DNA from: Spirochaetia bacterium
GTDB lineage: Bacteria; Spirochaetota; Spirochaetia; WTKD01; G963693115
Assembly: GCA_965226055.1 (NCBI GenBank)
Contig: CBDDCA010000005.1
Span: 416,001-480,000 of the forward strand
Direction of reading: 5' to 3'
DNA: 64,000 nt
In this document: piece by piece, positions 8,992 through 19,063 of the stretch
How the letters are laid out: each line of letters begins with the position of its first letter
How positions within the stretch are numbered: the first letter of the stretch is position 1
The notes under the pieces: generated by a model
Seen by the model: the letters and a program-made list of their open reading frames with translations, nothing else
Told to the model about the DNA's origin: nothing
The model's database searches: none
Program-made: the position numbers and the translations under genes

Positions 8992-11900
8992 TTATCGGGT
9001 AGTAGTCAATTCGTCATATATACCTATAGAGGCTTTTGTGGGGTCGGTTGCATTGACTACTTGTATTACTATTGCATAGATGGTATCAGACTTAAGATTA
9101 GTTATATTTACGCTTGTTCCCTTTTTTACTACTAACGGGTTCTTATCTTCTGCTTTAACCTGTACTATACTTTTGGCCCACTTTCCTCTTTCTACCCGAT
9201 ATACTTTGTAATATACATCTGCCGCTGTGAGTTGCGTTCCATCTGCTTTCTTGTGAAGGAATGTAAATGTTGGGGCTTTCCATGATACCCTTATACTGGT
9301 ACTGGTAGAACTTCCTTTAATACTGCGCCATGAGGGGTCGTCTGGTGGGGTTCCAGCGGATGTAGTAGTTGCTTCTTTTCTTATTCCTGTAGAGACTTTT
9401 GTGGGATCGGTTGCATTGACTGCTTGTACTACTATTTCATAGGTGGTACCAGGGGTAAGATTGGTTATACTTGTACTTATTGTTCCTTTTCCTACTGCTA
9501 TCGGGCTCGTGTCTGCTGTTTTAATCTGTGCTATTGATCGGGCATTCTTTCCCTTTGCTACTCGATATACTTTGTAAGATACATCTGCCGTTGTGAGTTT
9601 CGTTCCATCTGCTTTCTTGTGATTGTTTGTAAGAGTTGGGGACTTCCATGATATGCCTATATTTGTTTTACGGGGTTGTGTTACTATAAGTCTTGCATCT
9701 GCTGGTGCATTTGCAAGGGATAAGGTAGTAACTTCTTTTCTTATTCCTGTAGAGACTTTTGCAGGAGCGGTGGAATTGATTGCTTGTACTACTATTTCAT
9801 AGGTGGTATAAGGGGTAAGATTGGTTATATTTGTATTTGTTGTTCCCTTCGCTACTGCTAGCGGGGTCCTGTCTGCTGCTTTAATCTCTGCTATTGTTCG
9901 GGCATTCTCTCCCTTTGCTACATGATACACTTTGTAAGATACATCTGCTGCTGTGAGCCTTTGTCCGTTTGTTTTCTTGTGAATGCTTGTAAGGGCTGGG
10001 ACTGTCCATGATACCCCTATACTGTCATCGGTTGGGCTTCCTGTAACACTACGGGCTTCTGGCGGTGCAGTGGCGTTATTAGTGGTAGTTACTTCTACTT
10101 TTACTCCTGTAGAGACTTTTGTGGGGGCAGTGGAATTGACTGCTTGTACTACTATTTCATAGGTGGTAGCAGGGGTAAGATTAGTTATATTTGTACTTGT
10201 TGTTCCCTTTGCTACTGCTATCGGATTCGTATCTGCTGCTTTAATCTCTGCTATTGTTCGGGCATTTTTTCCTTTTGCTACATGATATACTTTATACGAT
10301 ACATCTGCCGTTGTGAGTGTTTTTCCGTCTGGTTTCTTGTGAATATTAGTAAGAACAGGATCTCTCCATGATATAGTTGCACTGGTATCAATAAGACTTT
10401 CTGCGGTAACATTGCGGGCATCTGCTGGTGCATTGGCAGGGTTAGTGGTAGTTTCTTCTATTCTTACTCCTGTAGAGACTTTTGCAGGAGCGGTGGAATT
10501 GACTGCTTGTACTACTATTTCATAGGTGGTACTTCCAGTAAGATTAGTTATATTTGTGCTTGTTGTTCCTTTTGCTACTGCTAGTGGGGTCGTGTCTGCT
10601 GCTTTAATCTCTGCTATTGTTCGGGCATTCTTTCCTTTTGCTACTCGATATACTTTATACAATACATCTGCCGCTGTGAGTGCTTGTCCGTCTGTTTTTT
10701 TGTGACTGCTTGTAAGGGCTGGAGCTGTCCATGATACCGTTATACTATCATCGGTTGGGCTTCCTGTAACACTGCGAGCATCTGGCGGTGCGGTGGCATG
10801 ATTAGTGGTAGTTACTTCTACTTTTTCTCCTGTAGAGACTTTTGTGGTATCAGTGGAATTGATTGCTTGTACTACTATTTCATAGGTGGTATTTTCATTA
10901 AGATTAGTTATATTTATACTTGTTGTTCCCTTTGCTCCTGCAAGCGGGTTCAAATCTGCTGCTTTAATCTCTGCTATTGTTCGGCTCTTTGCTCCCTTTA
11001 CTACACGATATACTTTATAAGATATATCTGACGCTGTGAGTCTTTGTCCGTTTCTCTTTTGATGACTATCTCTAGGTAAAATTGACCAGTTTAGTGTTAT
11101 GCTGTTATCGGTTTTACCTATCACCACACTAGATATGTCTGGCGGTGCGGTGGCATGATTAGTGACAACTACAAATGCTTTGACTCCTGTAGAGACTTTT
11201 GTGGTATCGGTGGAATTGATTGCTTGTACTACTACTTCATAGGTAGCATTAGACTTAATATCAGGTACATTGATACTTGTTGTTCCCTTTGCTACTGCGA
11301 GCGGGTTCGGATCTGCTGCTTTAATCGCTGCTACTGATCGGAATCGGATACCTCTTTCTACACGATACACTTTGTAAGATACATCTGCCGTTGTGAGTCT
11401 TTGTCCGTTGGCTTTCTTGTGACTGCTTGTAAGCGTTGGGGCTTGCCATGATACTGTTACACTCCCATCATCGTTTAGGCCTCCTGTAATACTACTTGCC
11501 TCTGGCGGTGCAGTGGCGGAGTTCGTGGTAGTCACTTCTATTCTCACTCCTGTAGAAGATTTTGTTATATCTGTTGTATTAACTGCCTGCACTACTATTT
11601 CATAGGTGGTACTAAGGGTAAGATTAGTTATACTTGTGCTTGTTGTTCCCTTTGCTACTGCTATCGGAGTCTTATCTGCTGTTTTAATCTCTGCTACAGT
11701 TCGAGCATTTTTTCCCTTTGCTACCCGATACACTTTGTAAGATACATCTGCCGTTGTGAGTCTTTGTCCGTTGGCTTTTTTGTGACTGCCTGTAAGCGTT
11801 GGGGCTGTCCATGTTATTCTTGCACTTGTATCGGTTGGTCTTCCTCTAACATTGCTTGCGTCCGCTGGGGCAGTGGCGGGGTTTGTGGTGGCTACTTCTA

Positions 11901-14900
11901 TTCGTATGCCTGCAGAGGCTTTTGTGAAATCGGTAGAATTGACTGCTTGTACTACTATTTCATAGGTAGTACTTCCAATAAGATTATTTATAGTTGTGCT
12001 GGTTGTTCCTTTTGCCACTGCTAGTGGGGTCCTGTCTGCTGTTTTAATCTCTGCTATTGTTCGGGCATCACTTCCTTTTGCTACTCGGTATACTTTGTAA
12101 GATACATCTGCCTTTGTGAGTTGTGTTCCGTCTGCTTTCTTGTGACTGCTTGTAAGCGTTGGGGCTTGCCATGATACTGCTATACTGTCATCGCCTGGGC
12201 TTCCTCTTACACTGCTTGCATCTGCTGGTGCTGTTGCATGATTCTGTGCAAGGGTAGTTACTTCTATTCGTTTGCCTGTAGAGACTTTTGTAGTATCGGT
12301 AAAATTGACTGCTTGTACTACTATTTCATAGGTGGTATTAGGGGTAAGACTGGTTATAGTTGTGCTTGTTGTTCCCCTTGCTACTGCTAGCGGGTTCTTA
12401 TCTGCTGTTTTAATCTCTGCTATTGTTCGGGCATCGCTTCCTTTTGCTACACGATACACTTTGTAAGATACATCTGCCGTTGTGAGTCTTTGTCCGTCTG
12501 CTTTCTTATGGCTAGTAGTAAGCGTTGGAGCTTGCCATGTTATTCTTGCACTGGTATCGGTTGGGCTTCCTGTAACACTACTTGCCTCTGCTGGTGCGGT
12601 GGCAAGGTTATCGGTAGTTACTTCTATTCTTACTCCTGTAGAGGCTTTTGTGGTATCGGTAGAATTGATCGCTTGTACTACTATTTCATAGGTGGTACTA
12701 GGGGTAAGATTAGTTATAGTTGCACTTGTTGTTCCTTTTACTACTTCAAGCGGGGTCTTGTCTGCTGTTATAATCTGTGCTATTGATCGAGTGTTTGCTC
12801 CATTCTTTGCTACTCGATATACTTTGTAAGATACATCTGCCTTTGTGAGTTTCGTTCCATCTGCTTTCTTGTGACTGCTTGTAAGGGCTGGGGCTGTCCA
12901 TGATACCGCTACACTGTCATCGGTTGGATTTCCTGCAACACTGCTTGCATCTGCTGGCGCGGTGGCAGGGTTCGTGGTAGTCACTTCTATTCTCACTCCT
13001 GTAGAGACTTTTGTCGTATCGGTGGAGTTGATTGCTTGTACTACTATTTCATAGGTAGTACTTCCTGTAAGATTAGTTATAGTTGTGCTTTTTGTTCCCT
13101 TTGCTACTGCTAGCGGGGTCCTATCTGCTGTTTTAATCTCTGCTATTGTTCGAGCATTCCTTCCTTTTGCTACACGATATACTTTGTACGATACATCTGC
13201 CGTTGTGAGTCTTTGTCCATTTGCTTTCTTGTGGCTAGTAGTAAGCGTTGGATCTGTCCACGATAAAGTTGTACTTGAGGCTGTCGTGCTTCCTGCGGTA
13301 ACACTGCGGGCGTCTGCTGGTGCAGTGGCAGGGTTCGTGGTAGCAACTTCTATTCGTATGCCTGTAGAGGCTTTTGTAGAGTCGGTGGAATTGACTGCTT
13401 GTACTACTATTTCATAGGTGGTACTTCCTGTAAGATTAGTTATAGTTGTGCTTGTTGTTCCCTTTGCTACTTCCATCGGGGTCTTGTCTGCTTCTTTAAT
13501 CTCTGCTATTGTTCTGCTCTTTGCTCCCTTTACTACTCGGTATACTTTGTAATATACATCTGCCTTTGTGAGTTGTGTTCCGTCTGCTTTCTTATGACTA
13601 CTTGTAAAGGCTGGTGCTTGCCATGATACCCCTACACTGTCATCGGCTGGGCTTCCTACAACACTGCTTGCATCTGCTGGTGCTGTTGCGTGATTATTTG
13701 CAAGGGTAGTTACTTCTATTCGTTTGCCTGTAGAGACTTTTGTGGTATCGGTGGAATTGACTGCTTGTACCACTATTTCATAGGTGGTAGCAGGGGTAAG
13801 ACTGGTTATATTTGTACTTGTTGTTCCCTTTGCTACTGCTAGCGGGTTATTATCTGCTGTTTTAATCTCTGCTACTGTTCGGACACCGTTTCCCTTTACT
13901 ACTCGGTATACTTTGTAAGATACATCTGCCTCTGTGAGTCTTTGTCCGTTTGCTTTTTTATGACTGCCTGTAAGTGCTGGTGCTTGCCATGTTATTCTTG
14001 CACTGGTATCGGCTGGGCTTCCTGCAACACTGCTTGCATCTGCTGGTGCAGTGGCGGGGTTATTGGTAGCTACTTCTATTCGTTTGCCTGTAGAGGCTTT
14101 TGTAGAGTCGGTGGAATTGACTGCTTGTACTACTATTTCATAGGTGGTACTTCCTGTAAGATTAGTTATAGTTGTGCTTGTTGTTCCCTTTGCTACTTCC
14201 ATCGGGGTCTTATCTGCTTCTTTAATCTCTGCTATTGTTCTGCTCTTTGCTCCCTTTACTACTCGGTATACTTTGTAATATATATCTGCCTTTGTGAGTT
14301 GTGTTCCGTCTGCTTTCTTGTGACTGCTTGTAAGGGCTGGGGCTTGCCATGATACCCCTATACTGTCATCAGCTGGGCTTCCTCTCACACTGCTTGCATC
14401 TGCTGGCGCGGTGGCTTGATTATTTACAAGGGTAGTTACTTCTATTCGTATGCCTGTAGAGGCTTTTGTGGTATCGGTGGAATTAACTGTTTGTACTACT
14501 ACTTCATAGGTGGTATTAGGCTTAAGATTAGTTATAGTTGTACTTGTTGTCGTTCCTTTTGCTACTTCAAGCGGGGACTTGTCTGCAATTATAATATTCG
14601 CTACTGTTCGGGCGTCTACTCCCTTTGCTACATGATATACCTTATACGATACATCTGCCGTTGTGAGTTGCGTTCCATCTGCTTTCTTGTGACTGGTATT
14701 AAGTGTTGGAGCTTGCCATGTTATTCTTGCACTGGTATCAGTTGGGCTTCCTGTAACAACGCGGGCGTCTGCGGGGACAGTTGAGGGGTTTAGGACAGTC
14801 ACTTCTACTCTTATTCCTGTAGAGATTTTCGTTGTATCCACTGCATTGACTGCCTGTACTACTATTTCATAGGTGGTATCAAGTTTACGATTATTTATAT

Positions 14901-15255
14901 TTATCGTTGTTATTCCTTTTTTTACCTTTGCAGGCGATTTATCTAATGCTATAATACTCGCTACTGTTCGGCTTTTTGCCCCCTTCTCTACTATAAAAAC
15001 ATTATACGATATATCTGCTTTTGTGAGTTGTGTTCCGTCTTTCTTTTTATGGCTAGCGGTAAGTGTGGGAGCTGTCCATGATAATATAATACTTCTGTTG
15101 ATAGTTTTATATGTAATATCTTTTACTTCTGCTAATCCAGTCGCAGAGGATAGTACATCATCCCCACTACCAGAGCTAGTCGAAGTGTTGGCCTCACAGC
15201 TACTTATCAAAACAATAAAAACAATAAAAATAATAAAATATACATTCTTTTTCAT
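8992..15255 (-). CDS. Giant lipoprotein made of 17 tandem fibronectin type III-like domains
   Basis: MKKNVYFIIFIVFIVLISS-C lipobox (ATG 15255 after AAGGAG); 17 repeats of about 120 aa with the W.AP..Y.VY..ITNL...TYEIVVQAVN pattern. Confidence 0.9.
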   Translation of the reverse strand: MKKNVYFIIFIVFIVLISSCEANTSTSSGSGDDVLSSATGLAEVKDITYKTINRSIILSWTAPTLTASHKKKDGTQLTKADISYNVFIVEKGAKSRTVASIIALDKSPAKVKKGITTININNRKLDTTYEIVVQAVNAVDTTKISTGIRVEVTVLNPSTVPADARVVTGSPTDTSARITWQAPTLNTSHKKADGTQLTTADVSYKVYHVAKGVDARTVANIIIADKSPLEVAKGTTTSTTITNLKPNTTYEVVVQTVNSTDTTKASTGIRIEVTTLVNNQATAPADASSVRGSPADDSIGVSWQAPALTSSHKKADGTQLTKADIYYKVYRVVKGAKSRTIAEIKEADKTPMEVAKGTTSTTITNLTGSTTYEIVVQAVNSTDSTKASTGKRIEVATNNPATAPADASSVAGSPADTSARITWQAPALTGSHKKANGQRLTEADVSYKVYRVVKGNGVRTVAEIKTADNNPLAVAKGTTSTNITSLTPATTYEIVVQAVNSTDTTKVSTGKRIEVTTLANNHATAPADASSVVGSPADDSVGVSWQAPAFTSSHKKADGTQLTKADVYYKVYRVVKGAKSRTIAEIKEADKTPMEVAKGTTSTTITNLTGSTTYEIVVQAVNSTDSTKASTGIRIEVATTNPATAPADARSVTAGSTTASSTTLSWTDPTLTTSHKKANGQRLTTADVSYKVYRVAKGRNARTIAEIKTADRTPLAVAKGTKSTTITNLTGSTTYEIVVQAINSTDTTKVSTGVRIEVTTTNPATAPADASSVAGNPTDDSVAVSWTAPALTSSHKKADGTKLTKADVSYKVYRVAKNGANTRSIAQIITADKTPLEVVKGTTSATITNLTPSTTYEIVVQAINSTDTTKASTGVRIEVTTDNLATAPAEASSVTGSPTDTSARITWQAPTLTTSHKKADGQRLTTADVSYKVYRVAKGSDARTIAEIKTADKNPLAVARGTTSTTITSLTPNTTYEIVVQAVNFTDTTKVSTGKRIEVTTLAQNHATAPADASSVRGSPGDDSIAVSWQAPTLTSSHKKADGTQLTKADVSYKVYRVAKGSDARTIAEIKTADRTPLAVAKGTTSTTINNLIGSTTYEIVVQAVNSTDFTKASAGIRIEVATTNPATAPADASNVRGRPTDTSARITWTAPTLTGSHKKANGQRLTTADVSYKVYRVAKGKNARTVAEIKTADKTPIAVAKGTTSTSITNLTLSTTYEIVVQAVNTTDITKSSTGVRIEVTTTNSATAPPEASSITGGLNDDGSVTVSWQAPTLTSSHKKANGQRLTTADVSYKVYRVERGIRFRSVAAIKAADPNPLAVAKGTTSINVPDIKSNATYEVVVQAINSTDTTKVSTGVKAFVVVTNHATAPPDISSVVIGKTDNSITLNWSILPRDSHQKRNGQRLTASDISYKVYRVVKGAKSRTIAEIKAADLNPLAGAKGTTSINITNLNENTTYEIVVQAINSTDTTKVSTGEKVEVTTTNHATAPPDARSVTGSPTDDSITVSWTAPALTSSHKKTDGQALTAADVLYKVYRVAKGKNARTIAEIKAADTTPLAVAKGTTSTNITNLTGSTTYEIVVQAVNSTAPAKVSTGVRIEETTTNPANAPADARNVTAESLIDTSATISWRDPVLTNIHKKPDGKTLTTADVSYKVYHVAKGKNARTIAEIKAADTNPIAVAKGTTSTNITNLTPATTYEIVVQAVNSTAPTKVSTGVKVEVTTTNNATAPPEARSVTGSPTDDSIGVSWTVPALTSIHKKTNGQRLTAADVSYKVYHVAKGENARTIAEIKAADRTPLAVAKGTTNTNITNLTPYTTYEIVVQAINSTAPAKVSTGIRKEVTTLSLANAPADARLIVTQPRKTNIGISWKSPTLTNNHKKADGTKLTTADVSYKVYRVAKGKNARSIAQIKTADTSPIAVGKGTISTSITNLTPGTTYEIVVQAVNATDPTKVSTGIRKEATTTSAGTPPDDPSWRSIKGSSTSTSIRVSWKAPTFTFLHKKADGTQLTAADVYYKVYRVERGKWAKSIVQVKAEDKNPLVVKKGTSVNITNLKSDTIYAIVIQVVNATDPTKASIGIYDELTTTR
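8995..15130 (-). repeat. 17 intragenic tandem repeats of about 360 bp
   Basis: Recurrent DNA block gactgcttgtactactatttcataggtggta every ~360 bp; 17 copies of the VVQA(V/I)N-type motif counted. Confidence 0.92.
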
Positions 15256-15308
15256 ACTTATCTCCTTTTTCAAGCTTAACGCTTAAATTTTTAATTCAGA
15301 TTACTATA

Positions 15309-15337
15309 ACTATAAAGAAAAAAAAGATAAAGTTCAA
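15309..15337 (-). promoter_or_regulatory. Putative sigma70 promoter of the FnIII lipoprotein gene
   Basis: TTGAAC-N17-TATAGT on the minus strand, with a T8 run in the spacer. Confidence 0.5.
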
Positions 15338-15422
15338 TACAAAAACATCTATTTTTTAAAAAATAGCCTTTTTTTCTCAATTTTAAGAAATATTTAAGTA
15401 AAATACTTAAATGAAATTGCAC

Positions 15423-15463
15423 CAAAAGTATACATCAGATGGTAAAACTCCACAAATATATGT
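15423..15463. repeat. Right copy of the imperfect inverted repeat flanking the FnIII gene
   Basis: caaaagtatacatcagATGGTAAAACTCCAcaaatatatgt versus the reverse complement of 8680-8723, caaaagagaacacatgaaATGGTAAAACTCCAagagaaatatgt. Confidence 0.6.
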
Positions 15464-15614
15464 CTCTATTATGTAATAAAAACATATATGTATTTCTATT
15501 TACCATATATAATATCTTACATAATCTATTGTCATTGTTTTGAAAAATATATTACTTAACATTATAATTAATACAACAGCATACTATATATATGCTAATA
15601 CAAAGGAGGAAACG

Positions 15615-16631
15615 ATGGTAAAAATAGGAATAGTAGGATTAGGAAGATTAGGAAAGAATCATGCAATAAACATTAGTCGCACTAATAATTGTAGCTTAAC
15701 TGCAGCTTGTAGTGTAATACAAGAAGAACTTGACTGGGCAAAACAACAATTTCCCACCATTACTCCCTATACATCCTATGACAAAATGTTAGAGAAAGCA
15801 GATATTGATGCTGTCTTCTTGGTAACTACTACTAAATTTCATGCAACACAAATAATGAAAGGGTTTGAAGCAGGCAAGCATGTGTTCTGTGAAAAACCTC
15901 TCGCTATTGATGTAGCAACAGCTCGCTCTATTATGAATGCACTTGAAGAATATGAAAAGAAATATACTTTTATGCTTGGTTTTGTGAGACGCTTTGATCC
16001 TGCACATATGTATGCAAAAAAAAGAATTGATGAAGGTATTATTGGAGAACCATTTATGGTATATTCTCAAACTGCCGATCATAATGATTTCGCTCCGTTT
16101 CAAGTAACATTTACTCCACAAGCAGGGGGAATATTTCATGACATGAATGTACACGATATAGATCTTGCTCGTTGGTTCTTATCTTCAGAAATACAAACAG
16201 TATATGCAACAGGAGGAGCTTTTGTACATAAAGAGTTTGAAACTATCAATGACGCAGATAATACTGTTGTAAACTGTCAATGTAACAGCGGAAAGATAGC
16301 CATTATATCAGCAAGTCGTACTTCTTTTTATGGACATGATACTCGCATAGAAATAATAGGAAGCAAAGGAAGGATACGTATAGGCTACACTCCTGCAAAT
16401 GCTGACATAGATATACTTGACACACAAGGCATGAGAAAAGAATGCGTATACACATTTTATGATAGATTTGAACAAGGATTTAAGAATGAAGTGCAAATAT
16501 TTGTAGACTGTATTATGCAAAACAAAGCATCTCCAGTTACAGCAAAAGATAGCCTCTTACCTAGCATAGTAGCTGAGGCGTTTACCCTATCGTTTAAGGA
16601 AAAAAGAGTAGTATCAGTGGATGAAGTATAA
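15615..16631 (+). CDS. Gfo/Idh/MocA family oxidoreductase (inositol 2-dehydrogenase-like)
   Basis: GIVGLGRLG, GKHVFCEKP, GFVRRFDP, GGIFHDMNVHDID; ATG 15615 after AAAGGAGG. Confidence 0.88.
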   Translation: MVKIGIVGLGRLGKNHAINISRTNNCSLTAACSVIQEELDWAKQQFPTITPYTSYDKMLEKADIDAVFLVTTTKFHATQIMKGFEAGKHVFCEKPLAIDVATARSIMNALEEYEKKYTFMLGFVRRFDPAHMYAKKRIDEGIIGEPFMVYSQTADHNDFAPFQVTFTPQAGGIFHDMNVHDIDLARWFLSSEIQTVYATGGAFVHKEFETINDADNTVVNCQCNSGKIAIISASRTSFYGHDTRIEIIGSKGRIRIGYTPANADIDILDTQGMRKECVYTFYDRFEQGFKNEVQIFVDCIMQNKASPVTAKDSLLPSIVAEAFTLSFKEKRVVSVDEV

Positions 16632-16801
16632 AAAGATACTTTCACCTCATGAGACATGCTATGAGACTATCTATCCTGTATCACCAATACTTACTATACT
16701 TATTATACTATATAAAACCTATAAGCATATAACAAAAATATCGAAACTATAGTATAATATATAGTGTATGTATATATAACTTATATACAAAAGGAGTTTT
16801 T

Positions 16802-17002
16802 ATGTATAGATTATCCCCACGTGCAAGTTTTTTAGAAGGATTTGCGAGAACTATTGATTTCGATAATAACTTACAGCAATATAATCACTCAGAATCATGG
16901 AAAGAGGCAGACGCACGAGCATTGTATTCAGATTTTTTAGCAGTAGGAAATGATTTTATGGAATTTTTAGAAGAAAATTATTCTTATGTCGAAGAAGAGT
17001 AA
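16802..17002 (+). CDS. Small acidic hypothetical protein, partner of the DUF2335 gene
   Basis: 66 aa with strong SD AAGGAG; SFLEGFARTID..YN.S...EADARALYSDF.AVGND; overlaps the next gene. Confidence 0.7.
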   Translation: MYRLSPRASFLEGFARTIDFDNNLQQYNHSESWKEADARALYSDFLAVGNDFMEFLEENYSYVEEE

Positions 17003-17432
17003 AAAGAAGAGAAAACCTCATTTCATTGAAAAACGAAAAGCTGCAATTAACAAAAGAGAAGTAGCAGAATTTTCTCTTAAAATGCAACATATACGTATAT
17101 CTAGCCCCATACCTCCACCAGAAATAATGAAAGGATACAATGCGTTGATGCCAGATGCAATGGAAAAATTCTTTGCATTAGCCGAAAAACAAAGCAATCA
17201 TAGACAAGAAATAGAAAAAATAGAAGTAATAAATCAAAACAAAAGAGCAAATATAGGTCTTTGGGCGGCATGGTCAATTTCCTTCTTATGTATTATTATA
17301 GGGGCTTTTCTTATATATAAAGACAAACCTATATCTGGATTTACCTTAATTACAAGTACAGTGATATCTAGAATGTTCTCTTTTATAGTAGCGAAGCATA
17401 ATAGAGACAAAGATATAGAAAAGCATAAATAA
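16986..17432 (+). CDS. DUF2335-family membrane protein
   Basis: SPIPPPEIMKGYNALMPDA.E.FF.LAEKQSNHR..IE followed by two TM helices, the DUF2335 signature. Confidence 0.8.
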   Translation: MSKKSKKKRKPHFIEKRKAAINKREVAEFSLKMQHIRISSPIPPPEIMKGYNALMPDAMEKFFALAEKQSNHRQEIEKIEVINQNKRANIGLWAAWSISFLCIIIGAFLIYKDKPISGFTLITSTVISRMFSFIVAKHNRDKDIEKHK

Positions 17433-17470
17433 GCAAAATAGGAATTATATTATTATGATATAATCAGAAT

Positions 17471-18298
17471 ATGAAAAAACTTTTTTCATACATTGGCAAA
17501 TCTCTATTGTTTGTAATAGTATTATTCTTTATATATGCTTTCTTTATTGGTTGGGTAAACATATGGATTAAAGACGGGCATGCAGGAGTATTATACTTCA
17601 TATCCTCTTCAAAAGATGATAATACCCCCAAAGACGATGTCCCACAAGTTTCAGATTATACGTTAATAGAAAAAAGTAATTATTATTGGCATTGGAAGCG
17701 TATTATGCCCTTTCAAACTCAGTTACTACAAGTCCCTCTTTTTCTTCAATCTATAACAATCCCCATACACTACTATCTCCCTAACGCACAATTATACAGT
17801 GAAAAAATATATGAATCAGAAGATATTTTTCTTAGCACTGGTGAAGTAACTATTGATTATCGTATAGATAGCAAGCAAATACTATCATTTATCACAAACA
17901 ATAAACTTATCGCCAGCGAAGATACTATACGCAGTATAGAGCGAAATATTGTAAACGATATAATACAAGCAAGCATACAAAGCATCGAAAGCGACAATAT
18001 CAATACTCTTAAAAATACATTATACGCTATAGCTTCACGATCCCCTATCACTAACACTGTTGTCAATGTTTCTTTCCAAAAAACTCCAGATTATGATACT
18101 TACACATTAACTAAAACGCTCTACCATAACGAAATATCGAAAAATATAAATACAACTGAAAATAAACAGCAAAATTATAATCAAGAGTATCTATTTTTAC
18201 TGCGAAACCTATCTTCTCTTATAAAACAAACACCTGAGACATTAGAGCTGATAAAACTACTCCCTCCAGAAAAAATCAGGTCACTGTTGGATGAATAA
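17471..18298 (+). CDS. Membrane-anchored hypothetical protein (possible distant SPFH/band-7-like)
   Basis: N-terminal TM helix, then GW..I..GHAGVL..YWHWKRIMP pattern. Confidence 0.55.
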   Translation: MKKLFSYIGKSLLFVIVLFFIYAFFIGWVNIWIKDGHAGVLYFISSSKDDNTPKDDVPQVSDYTLIEKSNYYWHWKRIMPFQTQLLQVPLFLQSITIPIHYYLPNAQLYSEKIYESEDIFLSTGEVTIDYRIDSKQILSFITNNKLIASEDTIRSIERNIVNDIIQASIQSIESDNINTLKNTLYAIASRSPITNTVVNVSFQKTPDYDTYTLTKTLYHNEISKNINTTENKQQNYNQEYLFLLRNLSSLIKQTPETLELIKLLPPEKIRSLLDE

Positions 18299-18331
18299 CA
18301 GGTAATGTATAGGACGCGGACGCACCATAAC

Positions 18332-19024
18332 CTATACTATTGTAGGATACTCAATAATATTATTATGCTCCCATATTGCCATCATTGCCCCTTTCTGAAG
18401 GCATAGCATTACTGTATCCTCTTTGCATTCATTACTTACACTGACAAAGCCATTATGTAATGTAATCTCATCAAGCTCCCATTTTAGCCCTTTACTTTTT
18501 GCTTGTGTGCTACTATAAGGAAAAGGAAATACAGAAAATATACTCCCTTTTGTAACATTCATGGTATATTGCTTTTGTATTTCTGTGATACATTCAATAT
18601 GATATTTCTCAGTAATGATACGTGTAGGAGCAAGCGTATCAAAAAACAGGTATAATAGTCCAATAAAATGATCAACTCTCCCTACACTACTCCCTATAAT
18701 ACTTATGTCAGTATATCCCCTTTCTTTTACATACTGTAAGCAAAGTTCTGTATCTGTTTTGTCTTTATCTTTGTTAAAAGTATATACTTGTACAGTAGAC
18801 GGAACAGATGAAAACACCTCCTGAGGAACAGAATCCATATCTCCCATAAATACATCGGGAACATACCCTAATGAAGTACATAAAGTATATCCAGAATCTG
18901 CAGCAAGAACAAGATCTACATCCCATGTAATAACAGTACTCTTATGAGGACCTCCTCCTCCAGTAAAAATAAAACAAGATGCTGTCTCAGCACATGACGT
19001 ACGAAAAGAAGATACTTTTTTCAT
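18332..19024 (-). CDS. thiN: Thiamine pyrophosphokinase
   Basis: LAADSG, GDMDSV, DKDKTDTEL, GRVDH, GLKWEL, VSNE; start placed at MKKVSS. Confidence 0.9.
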   Translation of the reverse strand: MKKVSSFRTSCAETASCFIFTGGGGPHKSTVITWDVDLVLAADSGYTLCTSLGYVPDVFMGDMDSVPQEVFSSVPSTVQVYTFNKDKDKTDTELCLQYVKERGYTDISIIGSSVGRVDHFIGLLYLFFDTLAPTRIITEKYHIECITEIQKQYTMNVTKGSIFSVFPFPYSSTQAKSKGLKWELDEITLHNGFVSVSNECKEDTVMLCLQKGAMMAIWEHNNIIEYPTIV

Positions 19025-19030
19025 TATTAC

Positions 19031-19058
19031 TAAATAGTATACCATAATATACCGATAT
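19031..19058 (+). promoter_or_regulatory. sigma28 (FliA)-type promoter of flaB
   Basis: TAAA-N16-ACCGATAT upstream of the flagellin gene. Confidence 0.75.
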
Positions 19059-19063
19059 AGACT

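Noticed and set aside
10144-15286. Repeated Cys/Tyr-rich plus-strand ORFs that look like a family of small proteins
   Set aside because: Antisense translations of the FnIII repeats; they recur only because the repeats do
18307-18337. GTATAGG...CCTATAC inverted repeat between convergent genes
   Set aside because: Only a 7-bp stem with a large loop; too weak to call a terminator or REP
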